49,257 bases of DNA. Origin: Flavobacteriales bacterium. GTDB taxonomy: Bacteria; Bacteroidota; Bacteroidia; NS11-12g; UBA955. Each line of letters opens with the position of its first letter. Positions within the stretch are counted from its first letter, which is position 1. Location of the stretch: positions 1 through 49,257 of the forward strand of contig NSIB01000002.1 of NCBI GenBank assembly GCA_002737625.1. Direction: 5' to 3'. The translations under genes and the position numbers were made by a program. The notes under the pieces are model-generated. The model was given only the letters and a program-made list of their open reading frames with translations, ran no database searches and was not told the DNA's origin. This document shows, in pieces, positions 34,995 through 44,335 of the stretch.

Positions 34995-36719
34995 TTAATT
35001 TAGTACCCAAGTAATTCGGGTAGAATTGCCTCCCACTTTCACTTCAACGTAGTACAAACCCGACGTTAACTTTCGATTCATTTCAATTTTTTCGTTTGTA
35101 CTCACCACTCCATTCCAAACCACCCTCCCGCTGGCATCGTAAATCGAAACAGTCACAGGCATCGACATCGGAAAAGCCAACTCAAACGATTGATCCATAC
35201 TTGGATTGGGGAATAATATGGGTTTGGCTGAAACAATATCGTCAGCGCCATACGTCGGTTCATGCAACATACACCAAGCGTTCATTTTTTTCCAGGCATT
35301 AAAACACTGAAGCACACCGCCAGTCACCGAACGCGTTTTCAAGGAACTATTGGTCTCCACCGAGGATAATATCCAATTCCGCATCAAATGGATTGCGCTA
35401 TCGGAGTTAACCGACATCAAATCCAGATAGTGTTTACAGACTACAGAATTTAGCCATGCTACCGTCCCTGCTACCATTGGCGCGGCAAACGACGTCCCAG
35501 ATTCATTGATATACGGAGAGCTCGGATTGTTTTGAAGCGGCGTAACAGTGAAGACATCATCCCCAGGGGCCGATAAATCCACCGAGTTGGTTCCATATCC
35601 AGAAGTTACATATTGCTTATTTAAGCCAGCGCTAGAGGTAACTATCAAAGCATCGGACGGACATAAACTGGGGATATCGCCTTCCAATTCAACATTGATA
35701 TCGCCATTGGTTGTAGCACCTGCACTAATTATCCCAACCGAGGCCAAAGAATCAAACATCGCACACCAGATAGGCGTTTCATTGGCAAAGGTTTTGTCGA
35801 TTCCAACCGACATATTCAAGACCACAACGTTTGCGCCTTGCTTACCCTGGGATTCAATCCATCGCTTTTTTTGTCGATAGGCATATAGCACGCTCCGCAC
35901 CACCCCCACTTCACCGTCGGCACCTTTGGTAGAATAACAGAGCAAAGGCATCATTTTTACTTGCCAAATCACACCCGAAACACCAATTCCATTGTTTCCT
36001 CTTGCACCCAAAACACCGGCAACCGAAGTACCATGGCCATAAAAAATGGATTCGGAATTAAATACTACAGCCGTACTATCTCCGCCATTCCACCCCCAAT
36101 AATCATCTGTGTAACCATTGTTATCATCATCTTTTCCGTTCCAAGGAATTTCTTTCCGATTCACCCAAATATTCTCGCGCAAATCGGGATGAGACGTATC
36201 CATTCCATCATCCACAACGGCAACTACAAGTGTATCACCATATCGATTTACGCCCGCCATACCTTGTTCCCAAGCCAGTGGCATTTGAATAACATCTAAA
36301 TATTGCTGATCGGACAATAACGGATCGTTGGGCTTGAGCGACCTGCGTTGGATATAATGTTCCGGTTGATAAGTAAATGGAATTCCGGCCAAATTGGCTT
36401 TGGCTTTGAGTTCTAGAAGTGCGGATTCATTGCCAACGAAACGATATAGTCCGAAAGATTCATCCTGGCATTTCAGCTTGCTTGATAGACTGGCAGGAGT
36501 CGACTCCAACAACGTGGATTTAATCCAAGCCGATGAAACACGAACCATGTAGGTATTGGGAATGCCATTCGATAAGCCTGTTTCCGGAAACGAGTTCACT
36601 TCGCGAAACAAGCGCGCTTCATGAGAAGACTGGGTATGATTTGTCGACTGTGCTTGAATCAAATTCACTGGCAAACTGCACACCATCAAAAAACTGGCAA
36701 CAACGATAAATCGTCTCAT
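34995..36719 (-). CDS. Subtilisin-like S8 serine protease with T9SS type-A C-terminal domain
   Basis: ORF to 36740; the ATG at 36719 gives a signal peptide. Catalytic triad contexts VAVVDDGMD, HGTSVAGV and GTSFAAPMVAG. C-terminus ILFPNPS...SGLYYVEV is CTD-like. Confidence 0.88.
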   Translation of the reverse strand: MRRFIVVASFLMVCSLPVNLIQAQSTNHTQSSHEARLFREVNSFPETGLSNGIPNTYMVRVSSAWIKSTLLESTPASLSSKLKCQDESFGLYRFVGNESALLELKAKANLAGIPFTYQPEHYIQRRSLKPNDPLLSDQQYLDVIQMPLAWEQGMAGVNRYGDTLVVAVVDDGMDTSHPDLRENIWVNRKEIPWNGKDDDNNGYTDDYWGWNGGDSTAVVFNSESIFYGHGTSVAGVLGARGNNGIGVSGVIWQVKMMPLLCYSTKGADGEVGVVRSVLYAYRQKKRWIESQGKQGANVVVLNMSVGIDKTFANETPIWCAMFDSLASVGIISAGATTNGDINVELEGDIPSLCPSDALIVTSSAGLNKQYVTSGYGTNSVDLSAPGDDVFTVTPLQNNPSSPYINESGTSFAAPMVAGTVAWLNSVVCKHYLDLMSVNSDSAIHLMRNWILSSVETNSSLKTRSVTGGVLQCFNAWKKMNAWCMLHEPTYGADDIVSAKPILFPNPSMDQSFELAFPMSMPVTVSIYDASGRVVWNGVVSTNEKIEMNRKLTSGLYYVEVKVGGNSTRITWVLN

Positions 36720-36745
36720 GGCTTTTTCACTTCCCCGCATATTTC

Positions 36746-36785
36746 AAAAATAAAGCCCCGATCGCAGATCGGGGCTTTATTTTTG
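36746..36785 (-). terminator. Symmetric intrinsic terminator hairpin downstream of the TPR gene
   Basis: aaagccccgatc-gca-gatcggggcttt (12-bp perfect stem), flanked by an A-run and a T-run. TATTTTTG reads on both strands at its edges. Confidence 0.8.
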
Positions 36786-36803
36786 AAATAATTTCGTAAA
36801 AGT

Positions 36804-38621
36804 TTAGTTACCGCCGCCAGGGTTGGTAGTAGCAGGTGTTGCATTGCCAGTGCTTGCAGGTGCAGAACTCGAAGTACCGCTCGGCGCAGAACCAGTAGTA
36901 GCTCCAGCCGCCGCGGGGGTTGCAGCCGGCTTTGGCTTATTCGCTTTGGCTTTTACCTTCAACATATAATCGTCGATGCGTTTTTTCACTGCAATTGTTG
37001 CCTCATCCTCAGGAAGAATCTCAATCACCTTACCATAATAATAACTGGCCTTTTCATAATCCTTGCGTTTTTGAGCAAAGAAGGCCATGTTTCTGTATGC
37101 ATTTTCACGATCGTTTACAAATTTAACTCGTTGTGTAGAATCCAATTTGCTCATCCAACGTTCAAATGAAGACGTCACATTTCCAGTTGAATCATTTGGA
37201 TCCAAACCAGCCCATGTAGTCGCTATCAAATAGTAACCAGTAAGGTAGTTTGTATCGTTTGTGATCAATTCTTGGTAAATCTTCAGAGCCTCTGCATTTC
37301 TGCCAGTAGCAGCCAAACAACGACCTTCAAAATACAAATCTCTAGAATTGAGGACACCCGCCAATTTCTTTCTCTTTAATTCCAAAATCCCATAGGCTTG
37401 CTCATAACTCTTCCCATTGAAATACATATCTTGTATACGCTGGTATGACTTGACGCCCGTTTTGCCGGTATCAGACAACACCATTGACAAAATCGTATAG
37501 CTGGAAGCCGCCATCATTTGCTTGGTGGTATCATTGCCTGAAGCCAATCCAGAACGATACATTAAAATGGCTTTAATAAACTTCTCACTGCTTTGTAATT
37601 CACGTCCTTGTGGCTTGATATACAGCTGCTCGTAATTATAAAAATAGTAATTCAAAGCAGAATCAATCAAACGACGTTTTGCTTTGTCTTTTTCTGCGAT
37701 GGCATAAGCAATTACACCATAAATATTGGGTATGCTTTTCACAGAAAGCAATTTGTTACCTTCTGCAATACAACGATCAAAATCACCACCCAAATACAGC
37801 GTTTGAACATAGAACTTACGCGCAGTAATGTTATCGTTTCTACGCAAATATTCTTCGTAAAAATACACGGCAGAATCGCGTTCTTTCATCAAAGAAAACA
37901 CTTCGGCTTTCTGACGGTAAGCTGGTGCAAAGTTCACATCCAAGCCAAGGGCTTCGTCCAATTTGGCAATAGACAAAGGATAGGCACTAGCACGAGCATA
38001 AACTTTTGCCTGACGTAAAATGGGTCTTGGATCCAAAGGCGCATCGTATCCTGCAACAATGTACTGTTGAATTGCATCAGAAGAGTTGGTGGGGTTTTGA
38101 ATCACCATTGCATCACCAAGTAACATTTTCGCTTCAAAATCGTTGTTACTATTTTTCAAGTAATCGATGGCTCTTGATGCGTATGCTTTCAACTGTTCAC
38201 TGCTTCCAAATTCAACCATTAGATAAACACGAGCGATTTCCTTATTAAGAACAGGCCTCATTTTCTTTTTGGCGGCCGATGCTTGAGCAAAAAACACTTC
38301 CGCGCCTTGGGTATTAAACTTGCGTAATTCCATGTGCCCTTTACCAATTAGGTTATAAGGATTGGTTGGTGCGATACCTAAGCCATCATTAAACATTTTT
38401 ACGGCGCTCATAGAATCACCTTTGGCCAAGTAATTCAATCCAGCCCAATAGTAATTATCGCCAACTTTTGGCTTTTTTGCAATCAGATCTTTATAAACCT
38501 GTTCTGCCTTTTCAAATTCTTCGTTTCGGGTGTAACGCTGACCATCAGCAATCGTTTGTGCAGTGGCGGTTGATAGACCAACAAAGACAATTAAAATGAG
38601 AGAAATACTTATCTTTTTCAT
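36804..38621 (-). CDS. Exported TPR-repeat protein with low-complexity A/P/T/G/S C-terminal tail
   Basis: ORF to 38630 from a TTG; the ATG at 38621 gives the signal peptide MKKISISLILIVFVGLSTATAQ. Multiple TPR-like A..Y...G/Y patterns. Tail KPKPAATPAAAGATTGSAPSGTSSSAPASTGNATPATTNPGGGN. Confidence 0.75.
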   Translation of the reverse strand: MKKISISLILIVFVGLSTATAQTIADGQRYTRNEEFEKAEQVYKDLIAKKPKVGDNYYWAGLNYLAKGDSMSAVKMFNDGLGIAPTNPYNLIGKGHMELRKFNTQGAEVFFAQASAAKKKMRPVLNKEIARVYLMVEFGSSEQLKAYASRAIDYLKNSNNDFEAKMLLGDAMVIQNPTNSSDAIQQYIVAGYDAPLDPRPILRQAKVYARASAYPLSIAKLDEALGLDVNFAPAYRQKAEVFSLMKERDSAVYFYEEYLRRNDNITARKFYVQTLYLGGDFDRCIAEGNKLLSVKSIPNIYGVIAYAIAEKDKAKRRLIDSALNYYFYNYEQLYIKPQGRELQSSEKFIKAILMYRSGLASGNDTTKQMMAASSYTILSMVLSDTGKTGVKSYQRIQDMYFNGKSYEQAYGILELKRKKLAGVLNSRDLYFEGRCLAATGRNAEALKIYQELITNDTNYLTGYYLIATTWAGLDPNDSTGNVTSSFERWMSKLDSTQRVKFVNDRENAYRNMAFFAQKRKDYEKASYYYGKVIEILPEDEATIAVKKRIDDYMLKVKAKANKPKPAATPAAAGATTGSAPSGTSSSAPASTGNATPATTNPGGGN

Positions 38622-38689
38622 CGGGTGCAAAAAAACTATGTAATTGTTATATATGTGTTAAGATTTTCAAAAATTGTTCCAAATATTAT

Positions 38690-39628
38690 TCAATTTTCTA
38701 ATTGTATGGTTCTGGCTGGTGGTAAAGCGGGCGATAATCCGCTTTTCTTCAAAATCACTTGGCCGCTTTGATCACAACAAAACGCCAAAAAACCTTGGGC
38801 CAATCCAGAATATCCTTGTAAATCATAGCCCATGATTATTCGGATAAATGGGTATTGCTTGGCGAAAATTTGGGATTGATAGGGTAAATGAAACTCTCGG
38901 GAAACAGGATGTTGAACTTCCAACACCTTAATCTGCCTCCGATTACACCTAGCCATAGTATCTCCACGATCCGCAATCCAGTTAGACCCCACAAACCCTA
39001 GCGCTCCGGGAGTCTTCTTAACAAAATCAAAAACTGCTTGAGGCGATGTAAATTGTAACACCTTGGGTAGCGACAATTTTACGCTTGATTGCGATGAATT
39101 CTTTTTATAAAATTCCTCTAAATCATTGTAAATCAAGTCGTTTTTTAACATAGCAAATACCAATTTATCATTACTCCTACCCCAGGCCGAACATTTACCC
39201 GACAACATCCAACACAGTGAATCCACTGAAATTCGATTGTTTGGATTGCTGCGATTCACAATAAATGCTGTTGCACCCATGCCAATGTCGTGAGATCTCA
39301 CTTTAACTTGACGGGATTCTAAGGCCGCAATCATAGCAGAATCAAAGGCGTGATTGATATATAATGCAGAAATCTGTTTGTCCCTCACCCCTTCTAGCAA
39401 AGCGATTGGAGCCATATATTTTGGTTTGATATGCGCTTTTGGATACAACTCATGAAATCTGTTAATCAATTGAACAAACAACAAACTATCATTCACATCC
39501 AAGGCGATCTCTAACTCACCCTTGGTTGGAATGTCGTTTCGCTTTCCTTTGTGCTCCATATCCAAGCACGATGAAAACGCAGCCACTGCAAAAACAAAAA
39601 TGAGTAATCGATTAATCTTCCAATCCAT
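38690..39628 (-). CDS. PstS-like (PBP type 2) substrate-binding lipoprotein
   Basis: The ATG at 39628 gives a lipoprotein signal ...FAVAAFSSC. GALGFVGSNWI and the overall pattern resemble PstS-family binding proteins. No pstCAB genes are adjacent. Confidence 0.6.
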   Translation of the reverse strand: MDWKINRLLIFVFAVAAFSSCLDMEHKGKRNDIPTKGELEIALDVNDSLLFVQLINRFHELYPKAHIKPKYMAPIALLEGVRDKQISALYINHAFDSAMIAALESRQVKVRSHDIGMGATAFIVNRSNPNNRISVDSLCWMLSGKCSAWGRSNDKLVFAMLKNDLIYNDLEEFYKKNSSQSSVKLSLPKVLQFTSPQAVFDFVKKTPGALGFVGSNWIADRGDTMARCNRRQIKVLEVQHPVSREFHLPYQSQIFAKQYPFIRIIMGYDLQGYSGLAQGFLAFCCDQSGQVILKKSGLSPALPPARTIQLEN

Positions 39629-39815
39629 TTCGTCCTTTTTTAAACAGCAAGTAGCCATTTACCGCTCTGAAGAATCCCCACAAAAACAAAAAAACCACGA
39701 TGGGCCATGTACCGTACCCCCAAACATCAATATCGTCTTTCTGAAAAAAAATAACGGCAAACGACCAAAATGCAATTGCACTTATCCAATGATACCAGTG
39801 GTTCGTTTTTAACAT
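39612..39815 (-). CDS. Small hypothetical membrane protein (2 predicted TM helices)
   Basis: The ATG at 39815 gives MLKTNHWYHWISAIAFWSFAVIFF...WPIVVFLFLWGFF. Its stop overlaps the start of the PstS-like gene by 17 nt. Confidence 0.45.
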   Translation of the reverse strand: MLKTNHWYHWISAIAFWSFAVIFFQKDDIDVWGYGTWPIVVFLFLWGFFRAVNGYLLFKKGRNGLED

Positions 39816-39831
39816 ACTACAAAAATAAACG

Positions 39832-39864
39832 AAAAGGGGCCCACAATGTTTTGTAGGCCCCTTT
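39832..39864 (-). terminator. Intrinsic terminator downstream of the BNR-repeat gene
   Basis: On the minus strand: aaaggggcc-loop-ggcccctttt. 9-bp stem, 14-nt loop, T-tract. Confidence 0.7.
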
Positions 39865-39898
39865 ATTCCCAAACAATTTGGGCGTAATAATTAAAATC

Positions 39899-41827
39899 TT
39901 ATTTTACCATCATCGTTTTGCTCACACTACTACCACCTGCAATCAAGGTGTATGTGTAAACGCCACTAGACAAACTGTCTGCATTGATCACCAATTCATG
40001 GTTTCCTTTGTACAAGCCATTGTGCTTTTGTGTTTGAACCAAAGCACCCATCGCATTGCGTACTTCCAATGTAACATCACCAGGCATTGTTAAATAGATC
40101 AACACTTTTGTATTGCTGCTGAACGGGTTTGGATAGTTTTGATTCACAACCATTACCTCACCAATATTGGGTTGGTCAACAGATGCGATACCAATTTTAC
40201 CAGCCAAAATTTCAGACACTGGAATGGCTTGGTAATTAATCACATTCAATACTACGGGGTGGTTACCAAAAGATGCGCTGTTGTTTTGCAAGTTTGTACC
40301 CGCAATTTCATCCTGCTGCCAGTGCATGTGAACGAATCCATCGGCTACACGACAAGTTGAAGCGAAGTCGTCTTCTTTTCCAATCACTTGGGTAACGTTT
40401 TGAGACTCACTCCAAGTAGCACCACCATCGGTTGAAGCCACAATTCCGATATCGCGGAAGTTTGCACCCAAATCTGAAATATCCAATTCAATAGGAACAC
40501 TGTATAAACAGAACAAATTTCCATTGGCATCAATTGCACTAGAAGGCTGACGCAAACAAGAGGTACTTCCCAAGCGGGCTACGGTACTCATGCCCGACGG
40601 AACACCACTAGTAGAAAGCGCTGAGTAGGTAGATTGTTCCATTTTATTCACACCATCTCCATCAGAGTCAAATGCAGCACCAGAGGCAATTACAGAAGTT
40701 TTATCCGTTGCTTCAGACCAATGCATCATATTTTGGTAAGAAGGATAAAAACTATAACTCTCATCGGAAGTATCAGTATCTATAACACGTGATAAGCCCC
40801 AAAATACATGAAGTTTATTGTTTTTATCGATGATAACATCACAAGTACCATCATTGGTAAATGGAGTATCGTTCATCAACTGCTTACCAGTCCAAGGAGC
40901 ATATTTAAATGTATCAACGATGATCCGAGTAAATGTGTTACCTCCGTCTGAACTTTTCCAAGCCACAACGCCTTGCAATAAATCTGCATTTACTATGGCC
41001 ACTGTATTTCCTCTTACATCAATTGTATACTGATCCGCACCACCACTGTTTGTCAATGTGCTATCGAAACCAGGCAATGAAGTGTGTTGCTTATCCCAAG
41101 TCACACCGCCATTGGTTGAACGGCTATAAACCATGGGTGCAAATACACCTTTTCTTTTTGGGGCACGCGATTCGCCCGGAGCAGCAGAATCTGTGTAAGA
41201 ACAAATCAAGTGAATGGCATCACCATTGTTGGCAGTTCTTGCCCAAATTGGCTTATAAGGAGGCTCTTTAAGGATGTTTGTAACTGTAGTTGGGCGTGAA
41301 GAGGCTGAATTGCTAGTTGTCATATAGAAACCACCGCTAGTAGCATCGTGACCGATAGTAAATACGCTACCGTTCGACAAAACGCCTACGTTGGCCCAAC
41401 CAGTTCTTACGTTTTCAACGCGGTTACTATCGGAAGGCTGCCATTTTCCAGCAGCGCTACGTAAATTATACCCACTTCCACGACCTGGGAAACCCACAGC
41501 ATCAGATGTAGATGTAGTCCACGCTGCAGATATTGCACCGTCTGTGTGCATAGCCAAACGGTGAGGCATCGCATAGTTGGTTTGCAAATCGTAATACGTT
41601 GAACCGATGCGGATAAATCCCTTGTAGTTTACACCACGAGCCGTTACAGTTTTTTTGGATTTTGGAGCAACACCGAATCCACCATTATCGGCTTTATCGA
41701 TGAGCACTTTGGATTGTGAGGTTAACTCAGGATTGCCTTGATTGGCAGTCACAGCAGACAAGTTCACCTGTGCAGTGGCCAGACCAGAGGCAAATACAGA
41801 GATGGCTAATACGTATAGTTGTTTCAT
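39899..41827 (-). CDS. BNR/Asp-box repeat beta-propeller protein (sialidase-fold-like) with T9SS type-A C-terminal domain
   Basis: Signal peptide. Asp-boxes STNGGVTWD, SSDGGNTF and STDGGATWS. C-terminus NQNYPNPFSS...SGVYTYTL is the CTD. Confidence 0.78.
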   Translation of the reverse strand: MKQLYVLAISVFASGLATAQVNLSAVTANQGNPELTSQSKVLIDKADNGGFGVAPKSKKTVTARGVNYKGFIRIGSTYYDLQTNYAMPHRLAMHTDGAISAAWTTSTSDAVGFPGRGSGYNLRSAAGKWQPSDSNRVENVRTGWANVGVLSNGSVFTIGHDATSGGFYMTTSNSASSRPTTVTNILKEPPYKPIWARTANNGDAIHLICSYTDSAAPGESRAPKRKGVFAPMVYSRSTNGGVTWDKQHTSLPGFDSTLTNSGGADQYTIDVRGNTVAIVNADLLQGVVAWKSSDGGNTFTRIIVDTFKYAPWTGKQLMNDTPFTNDGTCDVIIDKNNKLHVFWGLSRVIDTDTSDESYSFYPSYQNMMHWSEATDKTSVIASGAAFDSDGDGVNKMEQSTYSALSTSGVPSGMSTVARLGSTSCLRQPSSAIDANGNLFCLYSVPIELDISDLGANFRDIGIVASTDGGATWSESQNVTQVIGKEDDFASTCRVADGFVHMHWQQDEIAGTNLQNNSASFGNHPVVLNVINYQAIPVSEILAGKIGIASVDQPNIGEVMVVNQNYPNPFSSNTKVLIYLTMPGDVTLEVRNAMGALVQTQKHNGLYKGNHELVINADSLSSGVYTYTLIAGGSSVSKTMMVK

Positions 41828-41878
41828 ATTCTAATTTTAAGAATTACAAATAAAGTAAAAATAATATGAAAAATCACA

Positions 41879-42913
41879 TTAAACGCGTTGCGGAGCGCGA
41901 AGAATTCCCAACACAGTTTCAATTAATATCTCACCGTCCGTGGCCCCTCCTCTGTGTACTCCCTTTAATTTAAGGTCGAGTAGTTTGATTTGATTGAAAG
42001 CACGCTCCATATCAACCGGTGAATAATTTTTGGCAGCAATCATATATTCTTCCAAAAAAAAAGGATTCACACCCAATGTAGACGCCATTTCGCCTTTAGA
42101 GGCCCCGGGCATTTGCTGCACCAATAAAATCTTTCCAAAGTATCCATGTAGGTTGCTCACCATGCGCAGAATTTCACCTTTTTCGGCCCGGGCCGACATA
42201 TGATGGGCGATTTGGATGGCCTTATTAAAATTCTTTAGACCCAAGGCGGACTGCAATTCAAAAACGTTGTATTCACGGTTAAAACCCACGTTGGCTTCTA
42301 CATGAACGGTTCTAATAAACTCATCTTTCACATTAATCAAGAGCTTTTCCAATTCATTGTGAATTAGCGGAAGATCGGCACCTAGTAACTCTACTAACAT
42401 TTGAATGGCTGAACCATCAATACTGCGACCTTTTTGTCTGAGATATTCGGGCAACCAATCTTTGATTTGATAATCGCGCAGTTTGGCCGCGTAATAGGCA
42501 CCTCCGAACTTATCTGCTTGCTTGCCAATTTTTGTCCGCATGTCCATTTTATTCCCACGGAAAGCACAAACAAGGATGGTGGATGGCAAAGGATTATCCA
42601 AGTACGACAACAATTTATCAAACTCTTTGATGTCTTGGGCATCTTTTACGATAATCACTTGATGCTGACTCATCATTGGATAACGACGTGCCATAGAAAT
42701 TAGGTCGTGAATTTTCACTTCCTTTCCATACAAGATTGTTTGGTTAAAGCTTCTTTCCGATTCCGGCAAGACTGATTCTTCGATCAAATCGGCAATGGCA
42801 TCAATAAAATACACTTCTTCCCCATGAAGCAAATAAACGGGCGAATATTGCTTGGCTTGAATCTTACGTCGAAGATCCAAATAATTGGCAATGGTATCGC
42901 TCAATTTGGCCAT
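41879..42913 (-). CDS. holA: DNA polymerase III delta subunit
   Basis: N-terminal pattern YSPVYLLHGEEVYFID. 344 aa. Clamp-loader delta-like helical C-terminus. Confidence 0.8.
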   Translation of the reverse strand: MAKLSDTIANYLDLRRKIQAKQYSPVYLLHGEEVYFIDAIADLIEESVLPESERSFNQTILYGKEVKIHDLISMARRYPMMSQHQVIIVKDAQDIKEFDKLLSYLDNPLPSTILVCAFRGNKMDMRTKIGKQADKFGGAYYAAKLRDYQIKDWLPEYLRQKGRSIDGSAIQMLVELLGADLPLIHNELEKLLINVKDEFIRTVHVEANVGFNREYNVFELQSALGLKNFNKAIQIAHHMSARAEKGEILRMVSNLHGYFGKILLVQQMPGASKGEMASTLGVNPFFLEEYMIAAKNYSPVDMERAFNQIKLLDLKLKGVHRGGATDGEILIETVLGILRAPQRV

Positions 42914-42933
42914 GGGTTTGTATTTTTACAGCG

Positions 42934-43371
42934 GTGCAAGTGTTAAATTTCCCTGAATACGAATTTCAGATTCAAGAACTGGAGCAAAAAAAAGTCATTT
43001 TTGATCCGATTCGAAAAAAATTTATCCCCCTTTCCCCTGAAGAATGGGTAAGACAGCATTGTATTTGTCATTTAATTCAGCAGTTCAAATTCCCCTCTGG
43101 ATTGATTGCCGTAGAAAGAGAAATCCACGTACACGGACTGCGCAAACGCTTTGATATTGTAGGTTTTGCAAGCTCTGGAAGTCCGTTAATTTTGATCGAA
43201 TGTAAAGCAACTTCGGTAGAACTTACCCAAGAAACGCTCATTCAAGTTGCCACGTATAACAATAAATTAGACAGTCCATGGATGTGGATTACCAATGGGA
43301 TTCAGCATGCTTGGTTTGAAAGGAAAAATGGCAAAACGCAATTGGTAGCGGCTCCAGAAAAATTAATCTAG
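42934..43371 (+). CDS. HsdR-N-terminal-like (PD-(D/E)xK fold) domain protein
   Basis: GTG start. L.PEEWVRQH and RFDIV...ILIECK motifs are typical of the stand-alone HSDR_N_2 family, which is commonly divergent from holA in Bacteroidota. Confidence 0.65.
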   Translation: MQVLNFPEYEFQIQELEQKKVIFDPIRKKFIPLSPEEWVRQHCICHLIQQFKFPSGLIAVEREIHVHGLRKRFDIVGFASSGSPLILIECKATSVELTQETLIQVATYNNKLDSPWMWITNGIQHAWFERKNGKTQLVAAPEKLI

Positions 43372-44250
43372 GGTAATATCGGTGCTTTTGCCAGCAATTG
43401 TAACGCGGACGATACGATCACAGGACTCGTTTTCAAAAGGATCGTAATCCAATGTGGTGGTGGATTTGTCAGAATCCTTTAATAACACCATTCCATTAAC
43501 ATATTCGCTAGAACATCCAGGAACCACATTTTTTATTAATGGCTGAACGACTTCCCAAGTAAGTTCATCATGGTCCGATTCCATTAACACGCCATTCCCC
43601 AAGATTTGGTATTTATTGCCAATTATACCGGGATTCGAACTGGTTAATTTAACCAATTGAGCAGAACCTTTCAATGTGATTGTGTTCTTGCCAAAAAAAT
43701 CTAAAGATTCTATAGTTACGTTATGTGTTTTACTGTCTTGACGGATGACTGAGCAAGAAATTGCTATGTTTTTCGGTTGATTTGGATTAATTCCCATCCA
43801 GAAATTGTCTGACTTATCGATTTCGAGTTCAAGTTTAGAAGTCTTTTCTTGATAATGCGATTGAATTTTGATGTGCATTTTGCCTGAGCGATACTTTCCA
43901 TCATATCCACGTTGATTCTCTGAAAGCGGCAGCGTATTGGGTCCAAAATTGATTTCAAATTCAATGCCATCGCCATCAAAATAGGTTGAATCAGATATTA
44001 TAACTGAAGTAGTTTTTCCGAATGCTCCAAGAATGAATTCTGGCGGTGTTCCTTTTCCCGCTGTTTGGTCACCCATTTCATCGGCAAGTTCGATAATGGA
44101 AGCAAGTTCGGATTGCATAAGACAATAATCTGTGGCCATTTGCAATCCATCTTCTTTGTGTTGATTGATTCGCTCACAAGACTGCATCGCAATTAATCCA
44201 AGCATAAAAACCAGGGCTATCAGTGTGTGATGTAGGTATTTGCGAATCAT
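43363..44250 (-). CDS. Hypothetical lipoprotein (295 aa)
   Basis: ORF to 44376; the ATG at 44250 gives MIRKYLHHTLIALVFMLGLIAMQSC, a lipoprotein-like signal. No recognisable domain. Confidence 0.55.
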   Translation of the reverse strand: MIRKYLHHTLIALVFMLGLIAMQSCERINQHKEDGLQMATDYCLMQSELASIIELADEMGDQTAGKGTPPEFILGAFGKTTSVIISDSTYFDGDGIEFEINFGPNTLPLSENQRGYDGKYRSGKMHIKIQSHYQEKTSKLELEIDKSDNFWMGINPNQPKNIAISCSVIRQDSKTHNVTIESLDFFGKNTITLKGSAQLVKLTSSNPGIIGNKYQILGNGVLMESDHDELTWEVVQPLIKNVVPGCSSEYVNGMVLLKDSDKSTTTLDYDPFENESCDRIVRVTIAGKSTDITLD

Positions 44251-44335
44251 CCGAAAATCGAATTGGGTTGTTGCGAAAGTTGCAAAAACCGCTTCTATGA
44301 AACAAATATAATATTGATTACCCCCAAAACAACGC

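Noticed and set aside
42055-42063. A9 homopolymer inside holA (encodes PFFL on the minus strand) as a slippage or frameshift site
   Set aside because: The reading frame is intact through it. There is no alternative-frame ORF continuing beyond it, and holA is essential.
42934-43371. HsdR N-terminal-like protein as the remnant of a type I restriction-modification system
   Set aside because: No HsdM, HsdS or helicase domain is nearby. This small stand-alone family is, as far as I recall, a conserved neighbour of holA in Bacteroidota rather than a defence gene.
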